This document shows positions 51,708 to 64,000 of a stretch of DNA of 64,000 nt, piece by piece (positions within the stretch are counted from its first letter, which is position 1; every line of letters starts with the position of its first letter). Position numbers and translations under genes: made by a program. This stretch comes from Dictyostelium discoideum (taxonomy: Eukaryota): the NCBI GenBank assembly GCA_000004695.1, contig CM000150.2, forward strand, positions 256,001 to 320,000. Reading direction: 5' to 3'. The notes under the pieces are model-generated. The model had not been told where the DNA came from, ran no database searches, and worked only from the letters and a program-made list of their open reading frames with translations.

Positions 51708-53602
51708 TTATTGTTTAAATAAATTTTTAATTTTATAAAATATGTTTAAATCACCAACATTTTCAGGTAATTGATAGTTTGAATCATTTAAATAATTTGA
51801 TAATATAGATCTTGTAATTTTCCCACCCATTGATATTGGTAATTCAGGAATAATTATAATTTTACTTAAAAATGTAGATGGATTAAAATCATTTGAAATT
51901 ATAAAATTAATTTCATTATTTAATTGGTTCATATCAATATGATGATGATCATCAGCATTTTTTAAAACCAATAAAGCAACCAATTGATTTAATTTTTCAA
52001 AACCAAATGAACAACATTCTAAAACTAATGGATGTTTTAAAATTGAATCTTCAATTTTATTTAAAATAATTGATCTTCCATCACTAAAATTTAATTGATC
52101 TTCTAATCTTGAAACCACACTAAAACATCCGTTCTTATCTTTAAATCCTAAATCACCAGAATTATAATAACCTTTATATTTGCTAAACAATTGTTTGAAT
52201 CTATCATCATTTTTATAAAATGTAGCTGCAAAACTTGGTGGCATTGGTAATTTAAATGAAACTTCACCAATTTCATTCTCATTTAATTCTTTACCATCTA
52301 CAGGTGATAATATTACTGGTTTTATGAAAACTGCAGGTAGACCACAAGCAGAATATGGGATTTTGATATGGCCATAGCCTAAAATTAATGTTATTCCACT
52401 TTCACTTTGACCATATCCTCTTGAACATTTTACTCCAATTTTATTTTCAATGTATTCTGAAATTGGTTCTTCAGTAACTTCCCCTCCAAAACATAGCACT
52501 TTTAAATTTGATAAATTAAAATTTGATTTTAAATTCTCAGCATTAGGATCATATTTAATAAGGTTTCTAATTGTTTTAGGCCATGCAAAAGACATTGAAA
52601 TTTTATGTTTTTCCAATGTATTCCAAAATTTTGTTACACCACTCTCACTTAAAACAAATGTTTGACCAAATGATAAAAATCCATATAGAAAACTGTGAAA
52701 TGTTAAACCACCAACTTTATGATGTGCAAGGAATCTGAGAACTACATCTTTTATCATCATTGCACTATAATGATATTTTAAACAAACTAGTGAACTATTA
52801 CTTCTAACAATTGATTTTGGTTTTGCTGTTGTTCCACTTGTATAAATAATATATAATGGATGATTTGAATCTACTGGTACATATTCATAAAATGGTTTCT
52901 GTTGATTTTCTTTGATTTTATTAATTTCACTATCCCAATTTAAAGAATTTGGAATTGGTTTAATACTTTCAATTAAATTAAAATCAGATTCTTTAAAAGT
53001 TGAATCATAACTTCTAAAATGAATAATTACATGATTTGGTTTAAATTTTGATATTTCAATTGCATTTTTTAAATTTGTTGGTAACTCTACGATTGTATCA
53101 TTGACAATAGTAAAACTTGATGATAATATTAGTTTAGGTGTAATTGATTCAATTCTATCAACCAATGTATTTACACCATAATTATCATATATTACACAAT
53201 GAGTTGCACCAATACGAGCGCATGATAACATTGCAATAATTGGTTCTAATGTTGTGGCCATATAAATTAAAACATTATCATCTTTTGTAATATTTAAATT
53301 TAAAAGTACTCTTGAAAATTCACATACTTTTTCAAATAGTTGATTATAAGTTAATTCAATTGTTTTATTTAAATATGGACATTCATAAATTATTGCCACT
53401 TGATCCCTTTTTAATGGATTATTAACATTTATATCCAAAACATTAAAACATGAATTGAATTTACCACCTTGGAACCAATCAGGATAAATTTCATCACCAC
53501 TGTAGACTTTATCATAAATTTTATCCCTTTTTTTAAAATATATATGAAGTGTAAAAAAAAAAAAGGTAAAATTAGCATGTATTAAAAAATTATCCAAAAC
53601 AA

Positions 53603-53636
<34 letters not shown>

Positions 53637-53784
53637 TAAAAAGAAAAAAAAAAATAAAAAAAATAAAGGTTAAGATTTACCAATAAATATATTTCTTTGC
53701 AACTTCATCCCAAAATTCATTTGGTTTATCATTTGCAAAATTACTATCATTTTCATAATTAAATGGGTCACTTAATATATACAT
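51708..53784 (-). CDS. Acetyl-CoA synthetase-like AMP-binding enzyme, copy B (tandem paralog of copy A), 2 exons (53784..53681 and 53526..51708)
   Basis: Exon 1 is MYILSDPFNYENDSNFANDKPNEFWDEVAKKYIYW, ending at a gtaaat donor. Exon 2 begins DKIYDKVYSGDEIYPDWFQGGKFNSCFNVLDINVNNPLKRDQ... and is about 85% identical to copy A across 600 aa. Motifs are YTSGTTAKPKS and GYGQSE. Confidence 0.8.
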
Positions 53785-54339
53785 TTTATTGAATTATTTA
53801 TTTATAATAAAAACAATAATAATAAAAAGTTTTAATAATTAAAATAAAAACTTTTGTTTGTAAATAAAAAAAAAAAAAAAAAAAAAAAACACCCAATGTT
53901 TTTGTTAAAAGTTGATTTTAAAATGCATAAAAAAAATTGATTTGTAATAATAAAAAAAAAAAAAATTAATTTGAGATAATAAAAAAAAAAATTAATTTGT
54001 AGTAATAAAAAAAAAAATTAATTTGTAATAATAAAAAAAAAAAAAATTAACTTTTGAAATTTTCTTTTTTTTTTTAACACGTTTAAGGGGCTTCCCAAAA
54101 CAAAAAATCAAATTAATTAAATTTTTTTAAAAAATGATATTATTAAATTAGGGTTGTGAAGAAAAAAATTTTAATTGGTGTAAAATATTTCAATTTAAAC
54201 AAAGGTTTCCTTGTTTTTTAAGTAAATATTAATTATTAATTTACTAATTGATTTTTATTTTTTTTTTTTTTTATTTTTTTTTTTAATTAAACATAGAAAT
54301 GATTTTTTTGGTTTTTAAAAATAAATAAAAATTTGTATA

Positions 54340-54545
54340 TATTTGGGTGTTCAAACAATAATAAAAAACCAATCACACCATATAAACATTTTGATCTGGT
54401 TAAAAAATTTAGTTTCTTTTAGTCTTTTTTATGAAAGTAACATTCAGACTTCATTAATTATATTTAATAAAAAAATAAAATTAAATTTTATTTTTGGATA
54501 ATCTAAAAATAAATATAATTTACAAAAATGAAGATCTAAAAATTA
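54340..54545. repeat. Flank repeat copy 2 of the ACS-like duplication unit
   Basis: gttcaaacaataataaaaaaccaatcacaccatataaacattttgatctggttaaaaaatttagtttcttttagtcttttttatgaaagtaacattcagac... matches 51300..51530. Confidence 0.7.
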
Positions 54546-54568
54546 AAATTTTAACCAATCCCAAAGAG

Positions 54569-54600
<32 letters not shown>

Positions 54601-55254
54601 AGCAGTTGATTATTTGGTTTTGAGAATGATAAATTAGATTTTGATATTTGAAATAATTGGTAAAAAAAAAAAAAAAAAAAATTAATTTGACCATTCTTAA
54701 ATTTTGAAAAAAAAAAACAAAAATTAAAAAAATAAAACTATTTTTTTTTTTTTCAAAATTAATTACCTCTGAAAACCACAAATTATTTCATATTTTAAAA
54801 AATTATTCGGGGATGAATATAAAATTTTAGTTAATTTTTTCCAGAAATTTAATAATTTTTTATCTAAAATCCTCTTTATTTTCCAATACAAAAGATTTAA
54901 ATTGATATATATAGAAAAAAAAATAAAAAAAATAATTAAAAAATAATTAAAAAATCCAAAAAAAAAAAAAAAATAAACGAAATGGGAAATTAAGATCTTT
55001 AAAGGGGGTTCGTTCAAAAATAAAAAAAAAATAAAAAAAAAATAAAAAAAAATAAAAAAAAAAAAATAAAAAAATAAAAAAAAAATAAAAAATTAATATC
55101 ATTCCGGGATTACCCTTTGATTCTTTTATTCCACCTCACTTTTATTTATCTTCAATATTAAAATTTAAATTTTCTTTTTTTTTTTTTTTAAATACTAAAC
55201 ACATATAAAAAAAACTATAATATAAATATTACATATATTACATATAAATATACA

Positions 55255-56670
<1,416 letters not shown>

Positions 56671-56720
56671 ATTACCCAACAACAACAACAACAAATATAT
56701 TTTCATTCACAAATACAATA

Positions 56721-56762
<42 letters not shown>

Positions 56763-56791
56763 ATCACCTATAAAAATACACGCATAAATAT

Positions 56792-56824
<33 letters not shown>

Positions 56825-57114
56825 AAACAAATACAAATATTTAATTAAATATAAATAATTTCAATAGGAAAAATTATTTTTTAAATTTTAATAAAAAAAA
56901 TACTTTGGTGTAAAGTGATAGATCTCTTTACTTTTTTTTTTTTTTTTTTTTTTTTCTTTAAATTAATTAAATCTAATAATAAAAGAGAATTAAATAATAA
57001 ATAAAAGGGGTTTTAAATGTTTTTTTTTGTATTTTTTTTTTTAATTTTTTTTTTAATTTTTTGTATTTTTTTTTTTAAATTTTTTTTTTTTTTTTTTTAT
57101 TTCTTTGATTATTT

Positions 57115-57774
57115 TTAAAAATCACTTTTAAAAGATTTTTCTCTTTTTAATTGAGGAATTCCAACATTTAAATTATTATTAACACTACCACTAACGGTAC
57201 TTGAGTTATCTTTTAATTCAGAAGATTTTACTTCAAAGAATGTGACCAAATGTTTAATACTTGGAGATTTAACCATTGCAGGTGGATTATGAGAGGAGGA
57301 GGAGAAAACTGATGGAATTGGGGCACGAGATAAAACTGGTTTTTTTGATAGTGAAGATGAACCAGAATTTAAAGTTGAATTTCTTCCTGCACTACCACCA
57401 CCACCATTTATAATATTAATTTGTCTTCTTGGATAACTTGGTGAAACTGGATGTTGTTCATTACTAGAGTTATCACTTAATTTATTATTATTATTATTTT
57501 GATTTTGATTTTCATCAGTTGACAATCTTGATTTTTGTTTTTGTGTGATTTGATAATTTAATGACATTGCATCAGTTAAACTTTGATCAGATATTGATCT
57601 ATTAATACCATTATTATTATTATCATCATCAATTGGTTCAATTATTACTGTTGGTATTGATTCTAATTTCTCATTAACATCTAATTTTGCTGATGAAATA
57701 ATTGGTGTAACTTGAGTTGATGAATTATTTTGTTCTTTTTCTAAATTTGCTTGTGGTTGTTGTTCTACAATTGG

Positions 57775-57811
<37 letters not shown>

Positions 57812-59489
57812 GGTTGTGGTTGTTGTACAGATTGTAATGATTGATCATTCATTAAATTAATACTTGAAGTACTATTATTATTTAAATTTGATGAACTATT
57901 ATTATTACTATTATTATTACTATTATTATTACTACTACTATCAATTGATTGAATATCATCAAGAGTATTTGTTTCATTTTCAGAATCTTCATAAGAGGAA
58001 TCTGAATTTTTATCAAAATCTAAATCCAATGATGGTCTAAAATTAGTTGGTAATTCTAAATCACCTGGAATAATGTATGGACTATTATTATAACTACTAT
58101 TATTGGCACTATTGTTACAATCATCTTCAAATGAGTGTTCAACTTGTTGTTTTGATTTCTTTTTCTTTTCTTTTTTACTCTTTACTTTTTTACCTATATC
58201 TTTACCTTTTTCACCTAAATTTGACATTGCTTTTTTAACACTCTTATAAATTGAATTACCACTTGATTTCAATGATCTTTTACCATCATCTATATTAAAT
58301 TGTGGTGGTACTTGTTGTTGTGATTGATCATCAGTAGTAGTAGTGGCAGTAGTGGTATTGGTTGTTGTTGTTGTAACTGATTGTAAATAAGGTGATACAT
58401 TTGGTGATGTTGTTGAAGAGTTTGTTGATTGTTGTTGTTGTTGTTGTTGATTACCTTCTAATGATGATGATGATGAAATATTCATTGTTAATTCACCAGT
58501 TAATGAATTGAATTTTGGTGATGATGATTTATCTTTAATTGATGATGAACCAGATCTTAATTTTCTTGATAATTTCTCAAATGAAAATGATGATGATGAA
58601 CCATTTTCTGAACCTTCATTATCATTGTCACCACCGAGATAACGTGGTGTATTTGGTAATGAAAGTACTTCAGCACCACTATTTGGATTACTATCTCCAC
58701 CATCGGTAATTCCATTACTTCCTGTTAATGAATTTTTTCTTTCAGTTTCTGCTGATTTTAAATCTGAAAATAATTTTTTAAAACTCATTGATTTTGTATT
58801 AATTTTATGTGGTACTGGTGATTTTTGAATATCAGATGATGATGATGTTTGTAATGGTGATGCTGGTTGTTGTGTTTGTTGTGTTTGTTGTTGTGATTGT
58901 TGTTGTGATTGTGGCGATTGTGGTGGTGGTTGGAAAATAGCTTCACTACCATCTGAATTTATAGAATCTGTTGATTTTCTATACTGTTTAAACTTTTCAT
59001 TAAAAAACTTTTTAAATCTTAAATTACCACTAGCACCACTACCACCATTAGCATTACCATGTGGTACACCCATAATACTATCACTTAAACCACCAGCACG
59101 AGCATTCATTTCTTTTTCTTCTTTTAAATCATTTGTTTTACTCCACATCTCATCCAATACACAACCTAATGTCTTTTGAAAAGATGCAATTGATGATGGA
59201 TTTGTCCATTTTATTCTTGATAAAACTGCACGAGTTTTATGTAAAACTGGTATATAATCCTCTTGACATGTTCCTTCTCTTTCCCAAATTTCATCAAATA
59301 ATTCAAATGAAATACAAAATAACTCTTCAAACCAATCATCTTGATCAAATATAATTTCATATAAATTTTCATCTTCTATATACAATTCAAAAATTAAATT
59401 TGTTAATGTAAAACCAACTCTTGAAAATGAATAATATGAATCATCTTCATTTTCAACATTATTATTATTATTATTTTCAACATTGTCAC

Positions 59490-59565
<76 letters not shown>

Positions 59566-60757
59566 TTCATCATTATTATTACTATTATTATTATTATTTA
59601 TATTAATTTCTTTAAATTTTTTAATTTGAGCTTTTAAAATTTCATCATAAATTCTAAAATAACGTGCACAAAAATAAATCATATTTCTAATACCTAATAA
59701 ACCAGTTGATTGTAATTCTAAATGTAAATCATCAGTTTCAAAACCAAGTAATTTCATTTTCTCTTCATTTGTAGTTGGTGAATCACCACCATTATTTGGA
59801 AATGACATTTTACATAATCTATTTAAAAACGATAAAACATTTTGTCTATCTAAAAATATTGATGTTTGTTTTGATGCTTTTATACCATTAATTTTATGTT
59901 TTTGATAATGTAATAATTCTAATCTAACATTTGGATTAACACTTTTTACAAATGTCTAAATAAACAATAATAAAAAATAATTAATAATAAATAATTAATA
60001 ATTAATAATAATTAAATAGTAAAAAAAGATTAATCTATACCTTTATAACTTCATTTACACCTTGAGAACTTAAAACCTGTCTATATCTTTCAAAATCAAA
60101 ATAGGATGGAGCAGAACTTAACATATGATTTATAAATGATAAACAACCTGCAACTAATTTATCATGATCTTCTGCAGTATTATTATTATTATTATTATTA
60201 TTATTGCTATTATTATTAGGATTGGTTGAAATTAAATTTGGAGAAGAAATTGGTTTTTCAAGTATATGAATATAAAAATTCTTTTTATATTGGTGTGAAA
60301 TTGCATTAATTGCTTTATCCAAAATATTAAACATTAAAGATGGTTTACCAGTAATATTATTATTATTTCCTTGTAAAATTGGTGAAGATTGAGTCGAAGA
60401 GGATGGTGTTGTACTTGATGATGATGATGGTGATGATGATTGATTAATTGATGTTGACGAATTGTTATGAATTGTTGATGGATATGGAGATGGTTGAAAT
60501 GGAATTTCAACAGATGGATTAATTGGTGAGAATGTATTGGTTGTTAACATTTGAGTTAACAAATTAAATAATGATGCTTGTCTATTACAATATACAAATG
60601 ATATAACGGTTTGAGTTGATAATGTCAATAATTCGGTATTTACATTTTTATTTTCAGATTCAATAACTTCATTTTGTTGTTGAATTACATTCGATAATGA
60701 TAAACTTGGTACACTTGATGTTAAATCAATCATTGTCAATGTATCTTGAGTTTCCAT
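57115..60757 (-). CDS. ELMO-domain-containing protein with extensive poly-N/Q/S low complexity, 2 exons (60757..60041 and 59955..57115)
   Basis: Exon 1 is a 239-codon ORF ending ...ERYRQVLSSQGVNEVIK at a gtatag donor. Exon 2 begins TFVKSVNPNVRLELLHYQKHK... and continues in frame into the 897-aa ORF. That ORF contains an ELMO-like block (FTLTNLIFELYIEDENLYEIIFDQDDWFEELFCISFELFDEIWEREGTCQEDYIPVLHKTRAVLSRIKW). The rest of exon 2 is S/N/Q-rich. The splice phase was verified. Confidence 0.7.
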
Positions 60758-61388
60758 TTTTATTTTTTTTGTTTTTTTTTTTTTTAATAATTTACAAATT
60801 ATTTTTTTTTTTTATGAAAAATAAATAATAAAAAAAAAATTATATTTTAAAGATATATATGATTTAAAAATATTTATTTTTATATATAATGTTACAAATA
60901 ATGGTTTTTGTTTTTACAAATGAATAAAATAACCAATGTTTTTTAATTTTTTTTTTTTTTTAAGGTTTTTTTTTTTTTATTTTTTTTTCAATGTAAATTT
61001 TGATTTGTGTGTGTGCACAAGGTTGTTATAATAAAATGTAGTGCGAAAAAATATCTGACTTTTTTGACAAGATTATTATAAAATTTTTTTTTTTTTAAAA
61101 AAAATTTGGATAACTGCTTAATTCTTTTTTTTTTTTTTTTTAAATTCCAAACCGACAAAAAAAAAAAAAATTAAAAAAAATTAAAAAAAAATAAAAAAAA
61201 TAAAAAAAATAAGACAAGAATAATTTTTTTATATAATAAACACTGATTAGAAATGTAATTTTTTTTTTTATTTCAAAAATAAAAACAAAACAAATCATTT
61301 TCAAATAAATCACATTTTTTTAACCATGGTGTTATAAATAAATTTTTTTTAAAAAAAAAAAAAAAAAACAAAAATAAAAACAACCCAC

Positions 61389-61396
61389 ACCCACAA
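61389..61396 (+). promoter_or_regulatory. DUSE-like motif ACCCACAA (Dictyostelium upstream sequence element consensus [A/T]CCCA[C/T]AA), candidate ncRNA promoter
   Basis: Exact match to the consensus in acaacccacacccacaaactc. It lies in an AT-rich intergenic region and a C-box-like TGATGA (61467..61473) follows about 70 nt downstream. Small ncRNA genes in Dictyostelium carry DUSE about 60 nt upstream of the transcription start. Confidence 0.35.
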
Positions 61397-61559
61397 ACTC
61401 TTGAACTTAAAATAACCCATTCCAAAATTTTTTCAAGCACATTTATTTTATATCGAATCAAAACAAATGATGACGACAAATTATGATTTAAAATTAAATC
61501 ATTTATTTGAATTTTGATTGTTGTTGTGGTTATTAATAATTATGTTGGAATAATCAGTT

Positions 61560-61568
61560 TGTTCTAAA

Positions 61569-61667
<99 letters not shown>

Positions 61668-61668
61668 T
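61560..61668. repeat. (ATT)n microsatellite, about 35 units
   Basis: Direct reading: attattattatt... Confidence 0.9.
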
Positions 61669-62319
61669 TATTTTTATTTTATTTTTTTTAAAAAAATTTG
61701 AAAAAAAGAACATTAAATTATAGTTGGGTGTCCAAAAACTATAATAATAATAATATATATATTTATTATCTATTTGTTTTTTTTCTTATTTCTATGTAAA
61801 AAAATTGAATAAAACAAGTTTACTGACATATAATTATTTATAGTTTTCGGACATTTTTTTTAGAGTTTTTTATTTTTTAATTTCAATTTTTTTTTTTATT
61901 ATTTTATTTTTAAAAGTTACTTCTTTCAATTGGAATTAGCTTTTAAACTATATATCTAATTTTTATTAATTTAAATATTATCAAAAATTATTATATTTTT
62001 TTAAGGTGGATATTTGAAAATTTATTATCATTCTTTATGGGATTTTTTTGATCAAAATAAAATCTCCACAACCCATGAAAACTTTCTTTTTTTTATGATT
62101 TTTTTTTTGTTTTTTTTTTTGTTTTTTTTGTGTTTTTTTTTTTTGTTTTTTTTTTTTTTTTGATTTTTACTACAGCCATAAGAAAATAAAAAAAAGGAAA
62201 GAGAAGAAATATTATTTTGGAAAATTTTTAAAAATAAATATTTATTTAATGAAATATTTAAAAAGAGAAGTTTTCGTCTTGGTTGTTATTCATATTATGA
62301 ATGTAATAAGGTTGATTGG

Positions 62320-63879
62320 ATGATTGACAACGGTTTTTTAAATTTACTTTATTATAAAATCGATAGGGATGATAAGAATTTAATAATTGATGAAAAAACT
62401 ATTTTTAAAAAATTTCAAAATGATAATAATTCAATCTTTTCAAAATTATTTAAAAATTATCCAAATTTGATTAACCTAGTTTCAGAAATGATTGAAAATA
62501 ATAATTTACAAGCATTCAAAGTAATAGTTTATGAATATAATTATATACCAACTGAATCAAATTTACTATTTTCAATTAGATGTGGTTCATTTTTAATTTC
62601 AGATTTCATCATGATTGAATCAAAGGATCATGTAAAGATTACAAATGAATTAAAAGATAAAATATGGGAAAATTCAATTGGTTATCAAGCAATAAAATGT
62701 TTAAATCTCATAAAGACTGATCATAATGAATTACATGTTAAAAAATGTAAATACTTCATTGAAAATTATTTAAATGATCAATATAAAACTTTACCAAAAC
62801 CAATCGGTATTGATTTAAAATATGTGGTTCCAGATAAATATGAAGTATTTGGTGGGAGGGACAATGTAAAATCTCTAAAAATATATGATTGTTTTAAAAA
62901 AATTTTCAATATGTCAATTTATGAAAAACCATTGGGATTTATTTTAAATTGTTGTTCAATTGTATCAAGCATTTTAAATTTACAAAGTGAACCATTCAAT
63001 TCTCAACATGTTGAAAGAAAAGAAAGACCATCATTTATTTTAGCAAATGAAGAAATAAATGAAATGGTATTCACAAGTACCCAATTATCAACAATTATTG
63101 GTGAATGTGATTCTAATGATGATCGTATTAAAAAGTTATTTATAATGGTGGTTTATTTACTGATGATTCACCATCAGGTTTAAATTATAATTTTTTAGGA
63201 TTGAAATATTTTAAAGAATTGGAATGTAATTCAAGAGCATTTAATCCAATCCATTTTGCAAACTATGATGGTAAATCAATTTATGATTATAGAATACTTC
63301 AAACTCCATTCAGGTATTGCAAAAATGATAGAAATGGTGAATCAATAATTGAATACATTAAAAAAATCATTGGATGATATAAATGATAAATCAATTGATA
63401 TTACAAATAAATTTCCAATTGATAAATTATTAGAAACTTGTTTCAGACATAATAATTTAAAATTATTAGAGTTGGTTTATAATAGCTTATCAAAAAATAA
63501 TAACTTTACATTTTCAATTCATACATTTACAAGAATTGAATCAATTAAAATTTTTGATTTCATTTTTAATAAAATTAAAACTGAACAAAAGAAAATTGAA
63601 TCATTTCAATATATATATAGAAATTATCAATTAGTAAATCACTTTAAAGAGAATTATTCAAATTATTATTATCAAGCATTCTCGGGAATATCTTCAAATT
63701 TTTTGCCTATTAATTATAATGATTCAATTAAGTTTTTAATTGAAAATTGGAGAGATTTTAATTTTGATCCAATTGAAATTAAGAGACATTTATTATACCA
63801 TTTTTGTATTATAAATCCAACTAAAATTAATGAATTGAATAAAATCGAAGAATCCAATATTCCCTATAGTATTTTTTAA
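62320..63879 (+). CDS. Hypothetical protein(s): two consecutive ORFs (62320..63183 and 63349..63879), possibly one gene joined through small exons between 63200 and 63350
   Basis: 287-aa and 176-aa ORFs rich in N/K/I/F but of non-repetitive composition. Candidate splice signals lie between them: gtttaa...ttttag|GATTGAAATATTTTAAAG..., then ..CCATTCAG|gtattg. No homolog recognised. Confidence 0.45.
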
Positions 63880-64000
63880 ATTATATTTTAAATTTTAGAC
63901 ATAATGAATTTATTAATGGTACTATACAAAATATATCATCACAGGAATTATTTATGGTTTCATATTTAAGAGGTCAACTAAAAGAATTCTTGGAAAATGG

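Noticed and set aside
54551-55017. Minus-strand ORFs 54551..54781 and 54763..55017 rich in F/K/I
   Set aside because: They are translations of A/T homopolymer intergenic DNA, with low complexity and no splice or codon-usage support.

Overview
The window reads as nuclear DNA from a dictyostelid amoeba, most likely Dictyostelium discoideum or a close relative. The identification rests on about 75-80% AT content, long A/T homopolymer deserts between genes, short AT-rich introns with gtaagt/gtaatg donors and ttttag-type acceptors, and poly-N/poly-Q tracts encoded by (AAT)n/(CAA)n inside ORFs. There is no prokaryotic signal: no operons, CRISPR arrays or rRNA, and no convincing tRNA. I support about 27 protein-coding genes, several with introns. 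These include clear homologs of MPC2, CCDC43, OSGEP/Kae1, a DHX57-like DEAH helicase, TRAP-gamma, DNAJC9, a 2OG-Fe(II) oxygenase, proteasome alpha-3, leishmanolysin, a DapF-type diaminopimelate epimerase, HIBCH, an ArfGAP FG-repeat protein, a PITSLRE-type CDK, SCYL1, thiamine pyrophosphokinase and an ELMO-domain protein. There is also a tandem pair of acetyl-CoA-synthetase-like genes with a truncated third copy. Items worth a second look: (1) a bacterial-type DapF epimerase with both catalytic cysteines in an organism not expected to make lysine through diaminopimelate; (2) the ACS-like tandem array with repeated flanks and a pseudogene; (3) a roughly 140-bp imperfect inverted repeat next to a GC-richer non-coding island at 12.2-12.6 kb; (4) a DUSE-like ACCCACAA motif with a downstream C-box-like TGATGA, suggesting a small ncRNA gene near 61.4 kb; (5) an odd cluster of palindromic hexamers at 6.8 kb; and (6) a 3.1-kb intergenic gap with islands of complexity. 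All coordinates and exon boundaries were derived by eye from the sequence and are approximate to a few nucleotides. No database searches were run.
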